Shown: positions 34,007 to 46,730 of the stretch, in pieces
Position numbering within the stretch: the first letter of the stretch is position 1
Layout of the letters: the number at the start of each line of letters is the position of its first letter
DNA from: an uncultured Methanosarcinaceae archaeon
GTDB taxonomy: Archaea; Halobacteriota; Methanosarcinia; Methanosarcinales; Methanosarcinaceae
NCBI GenBank assembly: GCA_963733675.1
Contig: CAVTET010000001.1
Coordinates: 1,056,001 to 1,120,000, forward strand
Direction of reading: 5' to 3'
Length of the DNA stretch: 64,000 nucleotides
Position numbers and translations under genes: made by a program
Notes under the pieces: model-generated
Seen by the model: the letters and a program-made list of their open reading frames with translations, nothing else
What the model was told of the DNA's origin: nothing
Databases searched by the model: none

Positions 34007-34915
34007 ATGAGCGAAACCATGGGAAATCTGCGCACAAAGATCGATAGAGCAAACGATCTTCAGTCTGTCGTCCGCACGATGAAGGCTTTGGCAGCCTCGA
34101 ATATAGGACAATATGAGAAATCAGTGAGTGCATTATCTGACTATTACCAAACAGTGGAACTGGGTTTGAGCTTATGTTTCCGGAAAATTGCACTCTTGCC
34201 AGCTCCGACAGAAGGAAAAGGGCAAAAGAATGCACGTCTTATTGGGGCTGTCGTTTTCGGTTCAGATCAGGGGCTTGTGGGTCAATTTAATGATACAATA
34301 ACCGATTACGCGGTCAAGGAACTGGAAACTTTACCAGGTAAAGCTCAGGTTTGGGCTGTCGGAGAGCGCGTTTATTCACGCTTGGCAGATGTGGGCTTGC
34401 AACCGATTGGACTTTATAATGTGCCAAATTCGGTTAAGGCCATTACCCCTCTTATAGGGCAAATTCTTGTGGAAAATGAAAAGCTCCGCAGCCAGGATGA
34501 GGATGTTGAACTACATCTCTATTACAACCACCACAAAACCAGAGTTACTTACGAGCCAGTCAGTCAGCGACTGTTACCGCTTGACGAGACCTGGCAACGC
34601 AATCTTACCCAACTTCCCTGGCCAACCAAAAACTTGCTAGCTGAAGTATTCGGTGACAGTATAGAGACATTGCGGGCACTGATCCGCGAATATCTTTTCG
34701 TTTCACTTTTCCGGGCATGTGCCGAATCCCTTGCAAGTGAAAACGCAAGCCGCCTGGCAGCAATGCAGCGTGCCGACAAAAATATTGATGAACTGCTTGA
34801 CGACCTCAGAGGATCATTTTATCGTGTGCGTCAGACAGGCATCGATGAAGAACTTTTTGAAATAGTCTCCGGCTTTGAGGCCCTGTCTAAATCTCGCATC
34901 TCAGACCGTCACTAG
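34007..34915 (+). CDS. atpG: N-ATPase gamma subunit
   Basis: DLQSVVRTMKALAA, GSDQGLVGQFN, ESLASENASRLAAMQRA, RQTGIDEEL. Confidence 0.95.
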   Translation: MSETMGNLRTKIDRANDLQSVVRTMKALAASNIGQYEKSVSALSDYYQTVELGLSLCFRKIALLPAPTEGKGQKNARLIGAVVFGSDQGLVGQFNDTITDYAVKELETLPGKAQVWAVGERVYSRLADVGLQPIGLYNVPNSVKAITPLIGQILVENEKLRSQDEDVELHLYYNHHKTRVTYEPVSQRLLPLDETWQRNLTQLPWPTKNLLAEVFGDSIETLRALIREYLFVSLFRACAESLASENASRLAAMQRADKNIDELLDDLRGSFYRVRQTGIDEELFEIVSGFEALSKSRISDRH

Positions 34916-34954
34916 GTAATTAGACTCGGAGCCTATTCGAAAAGTCAAAAATGG

Positions 34955-35807
34955 GGTTCCGTTGCAAAAATCCTTTCTAATGATACAATAGAATAAAAAG
35001 AAAACCAAAGATAGTAATATGCTATCTAATTCCTTTAAATGGAAGCATTATGAAGGAGAAATTATCCTATTGAATGTAAGATGGTACTTAAAATATCCAT
35101 TGAGCTATAGAAATTTAAAGGAAATGATGATAGAAAGAGGAATTCAAGTTGATCACAGTACTATAATGAGATGGGTACATCAATATTCCCCTGAACTAGA
35201 AAAGAAGATAAGAAGACATTTAAGACCCACAAATGATTCGTAGAGAGTTGATGAAACCTATATCAAAGTAAAAGGTAAATGGAAATATTTTTACCGAGCA
35301 GTTGACTCAAATGGAGATACAATTGATTTCATATTAAGTGCGAAACGAAACCGAAATGCAGTGAAGAGATTCTTTAAGAAAGCTTTGAGTTCTAATCATA
35401 ACCAAATTCCAAAGGTAATAACCGTTGATAAGAATCCAGCTTATCCACCTGCTATAGATGAACTGAATAATGATAAAATACTACCTAAAAACGTAGGTAT
35501 TCGACAAATCAAGTATTTGAATAACATTATAGAACAAGATCATAGATCTATAAAACGGATAATTGTTCCAATGTTAGGATTCCAGTCTTTTCGATTTGCT
35601 AATAAGACTTTAAAAGGAATTGAAGCTATGAATATGATCAAAAAAGAACAAGTAAATGATTTAAATTACTTTGGTTTTGATGAAGTCAAATACATTAATC
35701 AATTGTTTGGTATAGTTTTATAATATTAATATATTTTTCTTGAATATTTTAACTTTTTTATACTCATAGATTTACATATTTTTTTTTGAATTTTTTGCAA
35801 TGGAACC
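34955..35807 (+). mobile_element. IS6-family element; transposase 35019-35723 interrupted only by one in-frame TAG
   Basis: Both TIRs (right one with one mismatch); NDS*RVDETY with TAG at 35241-35243; flanks CAAAAATGG / CAAAAAAGG resemble a target duplication. Confidence 0.95.
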
Positions 35808-37049
35808 CAAAAAAGGATCGACTTATCCAGCAGAAGTGATGTGCTCGCAAACATAATTTCCAGACTAGAATGTAAGAGACCGTAAGAACTGACATATGAT
35901 CAATGAAAATCCAATATCATGAGGATAGAAATAAATGAAAATTAAGAAATTATTTAATCTATAAATTGAACTTATCTAATTTATCTCGCTATCCAAGCTA
36001 CTGAATCCTGTGATACTAACTGAATCAAAAAAAATCCAAGAAATGTTGAGAAATAATATTTACTTAGAACTGCTAAGAATATTTTAGTAGTCCATTTCAA
36101 AAATATTAACTAGGTTTCGATATTAATATCCTACTTTCTGCAGATGTACATAAAAATTCCATAACTTTTTTCAATATGAGAACCGCTTCAAAAAATCGAT
36201 CAAAATTTCAAGGAATAAAAGTGAGCAAGTAGACAAACAAATTATACATATGTTTAAATCACGGAATATCGGATGCATATTAAAAAAGGTTTTATCTACG
36301 AATATGTTCTAAATAATCCATCATAAGAACTTTATTATTTGTAATATAAATGTATTATATAGAACATTATTTTGTTAAAGTCAGTTATGGAATTACAGCA
36401 TAATCATGAAACCGGTAATCAGTAAGGATATATTCAGACTTTTAACAGACGAAATTGAAGCATTATGCAATATCCCATCAAATTTACTCCTGAACAACTT
36501 AACAAAATTTAATCGAGATAGACATCAGGTGCAAATCTATCGATTAATATATATAAAAAATCTAAAATATAATCGAACAAAAAAATCACACAATAGTTTA
36601 GAAGATCACGCATAATTTCCACTTACGAACTCTACAATATTAAATTTTCTAGTGTGTACTTAAAAAAATGGAATAAATAGGCATCGATAAAGTTTTTTCT
36701 TGTGATTTATTGAAGAAAAATTGTGAATGAATGGGATTAACCATTTAGAACTACGGCAAATAGGAATATTAGCGGCATTTTCCTTTATTTTGTGTTTTCC
36801 TTTCATATCTCCAGCTAAATACATTATAATCTAAGTATGATCTAATGAACAAATGACAGAAAATTTCTTAATGAACCATTCCCAAAGCTGCTTTATTCTG
36901 GATCGTTAAGAATTTCCAGTATCTTTTTTCATGATCGAAACTCGATTGGATTATTCGAGATACATAATTCAAAAATCAAATTACGAAAGAATCAAATGGA
37001 AATGTTTACTTACAATAAAATCCCACTCTGAATCTTGTGAGGTATATTT

Positions 37050-38027
37050 TTGAACATGGGAACCTTGGTAAAAGCCATTGCAGTCCTTTTACTGTTCACA
37101 GCAGGGGTGCTTCTGGTCCATACTTACTGGATATATATCATACCTATTCTGGAAGAAACCTTAGGAACACTCCAGGAAACTCGTATACATTACGTTATAC
37201 CGGCTGTCTTAGTCTACTTGCTTAGCGTGTACTTATTTGCAATTCGCTGGCAAAAGGTTCTCTTTTGTATTGGTTATAATCTAAAAGCCACAAGTCTTGT
37301 CCCCATTTATTTTGGAGCAATATTCATGAATAACATTACTCCGGCGAATATGACAGGTGGAGAGCCTCTCAGGATACTTTGGGCCAACAAACTTTTTGGG
37401 ATAAGCTATACTAACGCTTTTAAAACAATTCTTTTCGAAAGACTGGTTGAAGCAATACCAATTGCGCTTTTATTAATTTATGTTCTATACTCATTTCCCT
37501 CTTTTGATATCAAATTTCTACCCCTTACAAGTAGTTTAACTTTAGACTCAATTCATCTAATACTCTTAGTTTTCCTAGCAGTAGGAATGGCAATCTGGTT
37601 TCTCAGAGCGAAGTTTGCTTCCCTACTTAGAAATCTGCAGAAAAATTGGAAACAGCTTAAAAAATCGTTTACATCTGTTTTGCTTCTATCTTTCGGTGTT
37701 TGGGCCCTTGATATAATACGTCTAAAATTGGTTGCCTTAGCCCTTAATATTCACCTCCCTTTAAATCTTATTATAACAGTCTCAATCCTATCCTTTCTTC
37801 TAGGACTCCTGCCATTAACTCCTGGAGGTCTTGGAATAATTGAAGGTGGTCTGGTTTCTCTGCTTTTATATTCTGGGTTACCTCTAGCATCTGCAGGCAG
37901 TTTCGTTTTTTTGGAGCGTTTAATTTCGTATGGAGTAAGTAGTGTAATAGGATTTATGTGCCTATTTTATTATGGAGGATTTAAGATATGGAAAAAATTC
38001 AAAAAAGAAAAATTGACTGATAAATGA
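37050..38027 (+). CDS. Flippase-like UPF0104 (lysylphosphatidylglycerol synthase TM-like) membrane protein
   Basis: AIRWQ, NNITPANMTGGEPLR, FERLVE, PLTPGGLGIIEG, ERLISY. Confidence 0.9.
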   Translation: MNMGTLVKAIAVLLLFTAGVLLVHTYWIYIIPILEETLGTLQETRIHYVIPAVLVYLLSVYLFAIRWQKVLFCIGYNLKATSLVPIYFGAIFMNNITPANMTGGEPLRILWANKLFGISYTNAFKTILFERLVEAIPIALLLIYVLYSFPSFDIKFLPLTSSLTLDSIHLILLVFLAVGMAIWFLRAKFASLLRNLQKNWKQLKKSFTSVLLLSFGVWALDIIRLKLVALALNIHLPLNLIITVSILSFLLGLLPLTPGGLGIIEGGLVSLLLYSGLPLASAGSFVFLERLISYGVSSVIGFMCLFYYGGFKIWKKFKKEKLTDK

Positions 38028-39573
38028 GTGTTATTTTACCAAATTTTGGTTCAATAGAATGCTCTAGCCATTTCTTGCTGAAACGTTGTTTTTCATGGGC
38101 AAAGATACGCTTTATTGCAAAGAGATTTTCGGTTTTCCTGAATACAGTATCAATACACAGATTTTAAGTGGAAGGATTGGAAATAGATCTTCTAGTTAGC
38201 CTTGTTTGCTAACACCCAATGCTATAAAGAACTTACCTCGAGACCATAAAGAAGTTATTTTACTCTTCTAGACTTATTATAAGAGTTTTTGATTTCTTAA
38301 TATCTGGAAAAAGGTATAGAAACTACAGTTCCTTAGAATTCAGGACTTCAATACTTGGGATCGGTGATTTCAAGAGCAGATCTATTTCTTTTTCCTCATG
38401 AACCTTTGATGGCTAACATAGTTTCATCATTTTCCTGGGTGTGGCATACCCTGTACAGCATATATATATATGCTGGGCCATATATAGGACACATTTTTAT
38501 ATATATATGCACATATTTTAATATATTAGTATGTGTGTTCTGGTTAAATGCAACTAATTTGATAGCTATGCCTATGAGGATTTCGATAAACTTCTATGTA
38601 ATTAAATATTTGAGAGTTTAAACTTTTTTACACAAAATTTTATTCATGAAAATTCTAACCGATTTGGGTATCACGGGACTATCTAATTTTTTTATTTAGT
38701 TGGAGGATAATTTGGTGAAATTTATTTCTTAATTGATTGGAAATCTTCTTGTATCACTTAAGAGCCCATGAAATTATCAAAACATTGTCAAGAGGCCTAC
38801 ATATAGCTGATATCCCAATTATATTTAAACTACTTTTTAACGTAAATGGAGTTGTCTTTCATTCTTTGAACTTAGTAAACAATGTATTTCTCGACTTTTT
38901 TTCAGAAAATTTCTTGGTTTTGCTTAGTAATACAGTAAAGACCATAGTCTGATCATTAGTAACAAAATTATTGATTACTACAACAGAAATAAAATTTAAT
39001 GACAGTTGCAAAGACAACTCGATTATCTGAGTTTGAAAATGAAAAGTGAATGATTCATAATGCTACTTTTATTCATTCAGATCCTGACATTAAAATGCTG
39101 ATAAACCTCGAGAAAATTAAACAAAAACGAGGAAAAGGAGAGATAGTACTTGGGTTAAAAGTGGAGTAAGTAACAATCAGGATATAAACTTCATAGCATA
39201 ATAGACAGGGATTATGAGCTGATCAAAAAATTTAAAACAGCAACCTCATCATTTTATGCTTCTCAGGTAGATTTATTATAAAAAATTAAATGGTTTACAG
39301 ATATAGAGGACACTTTGAAGCAAAATCAAAAGGTTATGATATAACAATGAAAAAAAGCAGTAAAAGAATATCCTCTGTAAATAGAGGATACATTGAGAGA
39401 CGAGAGTATTAAGATCAAAAAACTCTAGGTGGAGGAGTTTTACTCAGTAGCGAACGATATATTAAATCTAGAAAAAATTCTTACTACTAATGTTCAAGGA
39501 GTGGATCGAAAGATGTTGTGTACGTATTTTTGTCCGAATATCTATATTATAAGGGAATAGAAATTTTCTCTAA

Positions 39574-39936
39574 TCATTTCCCCAAATAAGTTTTTATTCC
39601 TACTAAAATTAAAAATACTCCAAAAGCTTTTTTCATTAGATCCAATGGTAGATTATTTGCGAATTGCGCTCCAAACTTTGCACAAATAATCATAGCTATA
39701 CAAATAATTATACCTGCATACAAATCAGCATTCCCTCTTTTGTAGTATTCAAAAAATGCAAGTATGCCAACCGGTGGAAGTAGTGCAACTAGAGAGGTCC
39801 CCTGAGCTTTTAATTGAGAAAATCCTATTAAATATACTAACGCTGGAATAATAATAACCCCACCACCAATTCCAAAGAAACCACTCAAAATACCTGCGAT
39901 AATACCAATAATTAAATAAATTATTAAATCGATCAT
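39574..39936 (-). CDS. TauE/SafE-family (sulfite exporter-like) half-size permease
   Basis: AGILSGFFGIGGGVIIIPAL, AQGTSL. Confidence 0.88.
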   Translation of the reverse strand: MIDLIIYLIIGIIAGILSGFFGIGGGVIIIPALVYLIGFSQLKAQGTSLVALLPPVGILAFFEYYKRGNADLYAGIIICIAMIICAKFGAQFANNLPLDLMKKAFGVFLILVGIKTYLGK

Positions 39937-41891
39937 AAAGCCTCACAGTGCAAACAAATTTATAATAATGTGTTTAAAGTTTTAGAATAACTTTCTTTAA
40001 AACTTCTATAGCCTCTGTTCTTATAATTGAGAAAAAAATGCTGTCAGCAATAAAAATCTAAAAATATTAAAGATTATTTTTGTTATCTTATTTTTATACA
40101 ATATTTAATATTTATCCAATTTTCAATATTAATCTGTGCATTCAACATCAAAAATTAAATCTTTCACTCGTTTATGTGCTCTTTTTCTTCCCTTCTTCCT
40201 GATTTTTCAACATAAATTTATATAACATCATAAGTTGTTCCATCCAAATGTTCCAATGTTTTCTACCTCACTCCGTAGTTCGCTACAAAAAAGCTATTTT
40301 TAATCTCGGAGTATTCTACAAAAATTGTCTTGCTGTAATGTTTTCCTGCTCAGCATGATTCTTTAAAGAAAATACTTTGACTCAGCTCCAACGAAAAGAC
40401 TTTTAGTCAATTGGGGAATAAAGTTCAGCAAGTTTTACTACAATTTACTGAAAAAATGTTATATTTATCTTTAAGAGCGAATTAGCAAGAGTTTTCATGG
40501 ATAATAATTACTCTTAAGAGACTTAAATTCTCCAATACTTAAATGTTTAGAAATTCAGCGAAACTTTCTAATTACTACATAAAATCATGTAATTGTCATA
40601 GATTCTGAATTTCAACAAATTTCTCAATGCGCTATAAACTGAAAATATTATCAAATTGGGCAATGGGGTCAATTTTATGTAAAATTCAATTTAGACCTTA
40701 ATTTTTTTGATCACTATTATACAACTTACACACTTCAAATCAAAAAAAAGTTCAATAGATTTTATGTTTAAATTTATGCTTTAAACAGTTGGGTGTTTAA
40801 TATTTATCTTAAGGCTTAAGCATTGAAAGATGAATAATGTACAATGTAATGCACATAAGACGTTGTTATCCAATTCAGTTTTCCGGTAATTAAACCGATG
40901 TTCTACATATGTACATACCGGTTGAATTTATTTTCATATTTGCCTATTATTATTCATTGAAAATTAGATTAATTTTTAAGCTATTTTTATGTTGAGAAAA
41001 TGGATCACTTTCTTTTATACATCTGCTGGAAGTGAGAATAAAAGTTATCGGAGGACTTTCCATTCTCATAGCAAGCTGGGGTATTCGACGGGAACTAATT
41101 ATAAAATTTATGACTTATATCTATATATATCTCAGTAGTGCTTTTTTGCAGCAAGTTACTTGATCTATAAACAAACAATTTTATTTGAATAGATATTTAT
41201 ACTATAAAAGCACTAGTGTTTATCTAAATAGTTAGATGATACATTTATTTGGCCTCGTTTTGTATCAAATATGGGGGGAAGGTAATTTCAGATAAATTAG
41301 CCAACAAATATTTGTGTTTTAAGATAACCTATTCCATAGCATTTTCAGCGCTTTGAAGCTTCAACAAAAAACAGTTCCAACTTCAACATATTGAGCAGGT
41401 TAATAGCAAGCAAAATGTTTGTAGATGTAGAGAAGACCGACTATCTATATAAGATATAAAATCAGGGCTAAAGACGTCGAGTTTCACACCAAGAAATAAC
41501 TCAGGACAGTTTCGAATTCTGTGTCCCTATTTTGAGAGATATGGAGTTCAAAAGCTCTGTTTTGATATCATAGTCATTGGGATGATTCTTGTAATAGGTA
41601 ATTTTTGCCTAAAAATTAACCTGCAGCTAACCTTCATTATGTTAAGATGTATGCAGTTCAGCTCTCCCTGTCTGGGTTATGTTGATTGGTTTAGGGGGTT
41701 CAAAGCCTGTTGTAGAATGATAAACAAACTAAGACCACTTAAAGATGTTAATATCAATAACTGGCATTAGTTCCTCACTATTCCAAGAATTATAAAAAGA
41801 TTATAAAAAGATTATATTGTGACAGAATGTGAAAAGCAAATTCTTGGAAATTTCATAATTTAATTGCTAAAAATAATTGAAGTGATACATT

Positions 41892-42833
41892 ATGGAGACT
41901 CAAAGGATATTAGTTACTGGTGGAGCAGGTTTCATAGGTACAAATATTGTCAATGAATTAGAAACTAGGGGTCACGAAGTAATCGCAGCTGATATATATA
42001 ATACTAGACGTGAGAATTACATCAGAGCTGACGTCAAAAATTATAGACAGCTTGAACGAATTTTAGAGCAATCAAAATTCAATTATGTATATCATTTAGC
42101 TGCTGAATATGGCCGGTGGAATGGAGAGGATTACTATGAAAATCTCTGGCAGACTAATATGATAGGTACCAAAAATATGATCCGTCTTCAAGAGAAACTG
42201 AAATTTCGTATGATTTTCTTTTCAAGCGCTGAAGTGTATGGTGATTATGAGGGTGTCATGACAGAAGATGTAATGGAAAATAATTCAATTAAAGATACCT
42301 ATCAGATGAATGATTATGCTATCACTAAATGGGCAGGAGAGCTTATGTGTATGAATTCTGCAAAGATGTTCGGGACAGAAACTGTTCGGGTTCGTCCTGT
42401 AAACTGTTACGGTCCCCATGAACATTACACACCATATAGAGGTTTTATTCCCAAATTTATCTACCTTGCTCTCCATAATAAACCATACACTGTTTTTAAA
42501 GGCCATAAAAGAATAATTGACTTTGTTGAAGATTCCTGTCACACCTGGGCAAATATTGTTGACAACTTTATCCCCGGAGAGGTCTACAATGTAGCTGGAA
42601 GACCTGAATGGGAAAAAGATATTAAAGAATATTCAGATCTGGTGTTGAAATTCGTAGGCGTGGACGATTCACTAGTTACTTATGAAGACGCAGAAGCTTT
42701 TACAACAAAAGTAAAAACAATTGATTGTTCAAAAGCAAGTAAAGACCTCAAACATAATCCAAAAGTATCTCCAGAAGTTGGAATATGTAGGACAGTAGAT
42801 TGGATGAAAAAACACTATCTTGTGGGTGAATAA
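41892..42833 (+). CDS. NAD-dependent nucleotide-sugar epimerase/dehydratase
   Basis: ILVTGGAGFIG, HLAA, SSAEVYG, YAITK. Confidence 0.92.
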   Translation: METQRILVTGGAGFIGTNIVNELETRGHEVIAADIYNTRRENYIRADVKNYRQLERILEQSKFNYVYHLAAEYGRWNGEDYYENLWQTNMIGTKNMIRLQEKLKFRMIFFSSAEVYGDYEGVMTEDVMENNSIKDTYQMNDYAITKWAGELMCMNSAKMFGTETVRVRPVNCYGPHEHYTPYRGFIPKFIYLALHNKPYTVFKGHKRIIDFVEDSCHTWANIVDNFIPGEVYNVAGRPEWEKDIKEYSDLVLKFVGVDDSLVTYEDAEAFTTKVKTIDCSKASKDLKHNPKVSPEVGICRTVDWMKKHYLVGE

Positions 42834-43833
42834 ATTGAGAGATTATACAAGTGACTATGAAGGAAAAAATATACTAGTTACTGGAGGAGCTGGTGCAATT
42901 GGTGGGAATCTCTGCCGTAAACTCTCTGAGATGAATGCACAAAAAGTTATCATATTAGATGATCTCTCATCTTCTTATAATTGGAATATACCAAAGGCAG
43001 ATAATATTGTTTTTGTTAAAGGGAGTATTTTGAATGATGAAATGCTCAAGCGTGTCTTCAAGGAAAAGCCTGATTATGTTTTCCATCTAGCTGCTCATTT
43101 TGCAAACCAGAATTCAGTTGATAATCCTGAAAAGGATCTAATGATCAATGGTATAGGGATTCTCAAAGTTCTCCAGTACGCTCAACTTGTCGAATTAAAG
43201 CGTTTTGTTTATTCTTCATCAGGATGTGGAGTATATGGGCTTGATTCTAAAATGCCATTTGAAGAACATGATATTTCAATCAATCTTCACACACCTTACC
43301 AGGTAACTAAACTTCTTGGTGAACTTTATACCAATTACTTCCATAATCTTTATAATATGCCCATTGCAAATGCCCGTTTCTTCAACTCCTATGGACCAGG
43401 AGAGGTCCCTGGAAAATATCGAAATGTAATCCCCAATTTTTTCTATTGGGCGATGAAAGGAATTCCACTTCCAATTACTGGTAAAGGCACGGAAACAAGA
43501 GATTGGACCTATGTGGGTGATATTGTCAATGGTATGGTTGCTATGGGTGTAGAAGAAAACGCTATTGGAGAAGCATTTAATCTAGGGTCAGGTACTGATC
43601 ACCAGGTAATTGAAATGGCAACTATTGTCAACAAGTTGACGAATAATGAAGCTGCGGTCACTTTCAAAGAACGCAGAGATTGGGATGTAAAAACGAAGCT
43701 TCTTTCCTGTGTGGATAAAGCAAATAGAGTACTCGGCTACACACCTCAGATGAAATTTGAAGATGGTTTAAAGAATGTCCACTCCTGGTTTGAAGAAAAC
43801 TGGATAAATATTGATAAGAGTGCCGAATTCTGA
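42820..43833 (+). CDS. NAD-dependent nucleotide-sugar epimerase/dehydratase
   Basis: ILVTGGAGAIG, HLAA, YQVTK, RFFNSYGPG, TRDWTYV. Confidence 0.92.
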   Translation: MWVNKLRDYTSDYEGKNILVTGGAGAIGGNLCRKLSEMNAQKVIILDDLSSSYNWNIPKADNIVFVKGSILNDEMLKRVFKEKPDYVFHLAAHFANQNSVDNPEKDLMINGIGILKVLQYAQLVELKRFVYSSSGCGVYGLDSKMPFEEHDISINLHTPYQVTKLLGELYTNYFHNLYNMPIANARFFNSYGPGEVPGKYRNVIPNFFYWAMKGIPLPITGKGTETRDWTYVGDIVNGMVAMGVEENAIGEAFNLGSGTDHQVIEMATIVNKLTNNEAAVTFKERRDWDVKTKLLSCVDKANRVLGYTPQMKFEDGLKNVHSWFEENWINIDKSAEF

Positions 43834-43844
43834 TGTGATGTTTA

Positions 43845-45056
43845 ATGAAAATATTACTACTGCAAGAAACAGATTGGATTAAAAGAGGGCCTCATCAACA
43901 GCATCATCTAATGGATAGAATGGCTTTGAGGGGTCATCAAATAAGAGTAATTGACTACGAGTATCTGTGGAAAGAGGATAATAAAGATAGAAAAATATTC
44001 ACTGGTCGGCAGGAAATCAAAGGAGTTTATAAGATATTCAAGGAAGCCGACATCACTCTCATCAGGCCAGGGATGATTAAACTACCTATACTTGATATGG
44101 CATCTATCCTCTATTTTCATGAAAGAGAAATTAAGAGACAAATTCTGGAGTTTAAACCGGAAGTCATAATTTCATTTGGTATTCTTAATGCATATCTTGG
44201 TATGAAACAAGCTAAAAAACACCACATTCCTTTTGTGTATTACCTCATAGATCATCTGCATACACTACTTCCAAACAAACTTAAAAAGAAGACTGCAAAA
44301 CAATTTGAAAAGCAGACAATTAGAGGCTCAGATAGGATATTTGTCATTAATCAAGGATTAAAAGACTATGCTGTGGAAATGGACGGAGACGTTAATAAGA
44401 TCTCAGTAATACCTGCAGGCGTAGATTTTGCGAAATTCAATCCGCAAACTGACGGTTCATCAATCAGAGAAAAATATGGAATTAAAAAAAATGACATCCT
44501 GTTATTCTTTATGGGGTGGATATATGATTTCTCTGGGATGAAAGAGGTCGCAGAAAGTCTTTCTAACTTTGACAACGAAAGCATTAAATTAATGATAGTT
44601 GGAGAAGGGGATCTATACAAACTTTTAAGCAAAATGAAATCTGAAAACAATCTTAATGAAAAATTGATACTAACAGGAAAAATTCCATTTGAAGAAGTTC
44701 CAAAACATATCGCTTCTGCTGATATATGCCTTTTGCCAGCTTATAAAAACGAAATTATGATGAATATAGTCCCGATTAAAATATACGAATATATGGCCAT
44801 GGGAAAACCTGTAATAGCCACAAATCTTCCTGGGCTAAAAAAGGAATTTGGTAATAACAATGGGATTATATATATCGAAAATCCTGAGCAGACTTTGGAA
44901 AAAGCAATTTATCTTTATGAGAATTATATGATACAGTCGGAAGGTATTAAAGCTAGTTTGTACTCGCGAGATCAAGATTGGAATAAAATAACGAACAAAT
45001 TTGAAAGTATATTAAAAAATTTTCCAAAAAAAAATGTATCAACGATTGGCTATTAA
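43845..45056 (+). CDS. GT4-family glycosyltransferase
   Basis: GT-B fold features; PIKIYEYMAMGKPVIAT. Confidence 0.9.
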   Translation: MKILLLQETDWIKRGPHQQHHLMDRMALRGHQIRVIDYEYLWKEDNKDRKIFTGRQEIKGVYKIFKEADITLIRPGMIKLPILDMASILYFHEREIKRQILEFKPEVIISFGILNAYLGMKQAKKHHIPFVYYLIDHLHTLLPNKLKKKTAKQFEKQTIRGSDRIFVINQGLKDYAVEMDGDVNKISVIPAGVDFAKFNPQTDGSSIREKYGIKKNDILLFFMGWIYDFSGMKEVAESLSNFDNESIKLMIVGEGDLYKLLSKMKSENNLNEKLILTGKIPFEEVPKHIASADICLLPAYKNEIMMNIVPIKIYEYMAMGKPVIATNLPGLKKEFGNNNGIIYIENPEQTLEKAIYLYENYMIQSEGIKASLYSRDQDWNKITNKFESILKNFPKKNVSTIGY

Positions 45057-45154
45057 ACGGATGAAAAAAAGAAGATCAGAATTTGTGAGCTAAATAAATG
45101 AGTGTACATTAGTTGTAAATCATCAGTTGATAAATTGTAAATCTAAGTAATTTT

Positions 45155-45995
45155 GGTTCCGTTGCAAAAAATCCTTTCTAATGATACAATAGAATAAAAA
45201 GAAAACCAAAGATAGTAACATGCTATCTAATTCCTTTAAATGGAAGCATTATGAAGGGGAAATTATCTTATTGAATTTAAGATGGTACTTAAAATATGCA
45301 TTAAGTTATAGAAATTTAAAGGAAATGATGGCAGAAAGGGGAGTAAAAGTCGACCATACAACAATCATGAGATGGGTACATCAATATTCCCCTGAAATAG
45401 AAAAGAAGATAAGAAGACATTTAAGACCAACAAATGATTCGTGGAGAGTTGATGAAACCTATATCAAAGTAAAAGGTAAATGGAAATATTTTTACCGAGC
45501 AGTTGACTCGGATGGAGGCACAATCGATTTCATGTTAAGTTCAAAACGAGATAGAAAGGCAGCGAAGAGATTCTTTAAGAAAGCTTTAAGTTCTAATCAT
45601 AATCAAATTCCAAGATTAATAACCGTTGATAAGAATCCAGCTTATCCACCTGCTATAGATGAACTGAAAAATGAGAAGAACTTGTTTAAAAAAGCTCAAG
45701 TATTTGAATAACATTATAGAACAAGATCACAGATCTATAAAGAGAATCGTTAATCCAATGTTAGGATTTCAGTCTTTTCGATCTGCTAATAAGACTTTAA
45801 AAGGAATTGAAGCTATAAATATGATCAAAAAAGGACAAGTAATCGATCTAAATTACTCTGTTCTTAATGAAGTCAAATACATTAATCAATTATTTGGTAT
45901 AATTTTATAATGTTAGTACATTTTCCTTGAATGTTTTGATTTTTATTAATCACTTATAGATTTACATATTTTGTTGAAGTTTTTGCAACGGAACC
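45155..45995 (+). mobile_element. IS6-family element, transposase frameshifted by an internal deletion
   Basis: Both TIRs; ORFs 45220-45711 and 45671-45910. Confidence 0.95.
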
Positions 45996-45996
45996 C

Positions 45997-46620
45997 ATTA
46001 CCGTGAGACCCTAGGAGTAAGATGAACAGACAGTGAAGATTCTTTGTTCTGGGAAGATCTTTTTGATAATATGAAAGAAAGAGGTTTAAGAGGTGCCAGC
46101 TTAATTGTTTTTGATGGACACAAAGGGATACAGAAAGTAGTCAAATAATTATTTCTTGGATCAAGCTGGCAGATGGGTCACATACATCTGATAAGATAGG
46201 TTCTCAAGAAGGTGCCAAAAAAGAAACAAATAAAGTGGTTGAGAGGTTAAAAGAAGATTGAAGGGCCATCAGAAACGGTATTAGCTGGTTGTGGAACCTG
46301 ATAGTATGGGATGTAAAAGTGCAGTTAATACGCTTGAAAGCTTCCAGTACGATATAATTAACTACATGCAGTTTCCAGAGAATCACTGGTAAAAAATAAG
46401 AATAATAAATATGAGGGAAAGGACTAACAAGGAATTTAAAACAAGAAGCAAAATGTTGAGGGCATTCCCTAACCAGGAATCAATATTGAGATGAAGAGGC
46501 TCAATACTACTCTATATAGGAGAAGGCTGGATAATATGAAACAAGGGTTTAATAGTAATGGAGCAGTAATCAAAAAAGAAGAATAAAGGGCATTGCACAT
46601 ATTTTACAGAAAATTATACA
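45997..46620 (+). pseudogene. IS256-family transposase remnant truncated by IS6
   Basis: YRETLGVR*TDSEDSLFWEDLFDNMKERGLRG..LIVFDGHKGIQK...SSWQM read by hand. Confidence 0.8.
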
Positions 46621-46730
46621 AGCCCCCTCTATAATCAAGAGAGAATTTCGATAAACCTCTAAATTTCTTCATATGCTTATAAAAGAGATCTAAATGATTA
46701 TTGTAAATCAGAAATTTATCTAAATACCCA

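Noticed and set aside
38040-41800. Possible decayed genes or transposases around the TauE gene
   Set aside because: Coding-like fragments are present but too degraded to assign a family with confidence.
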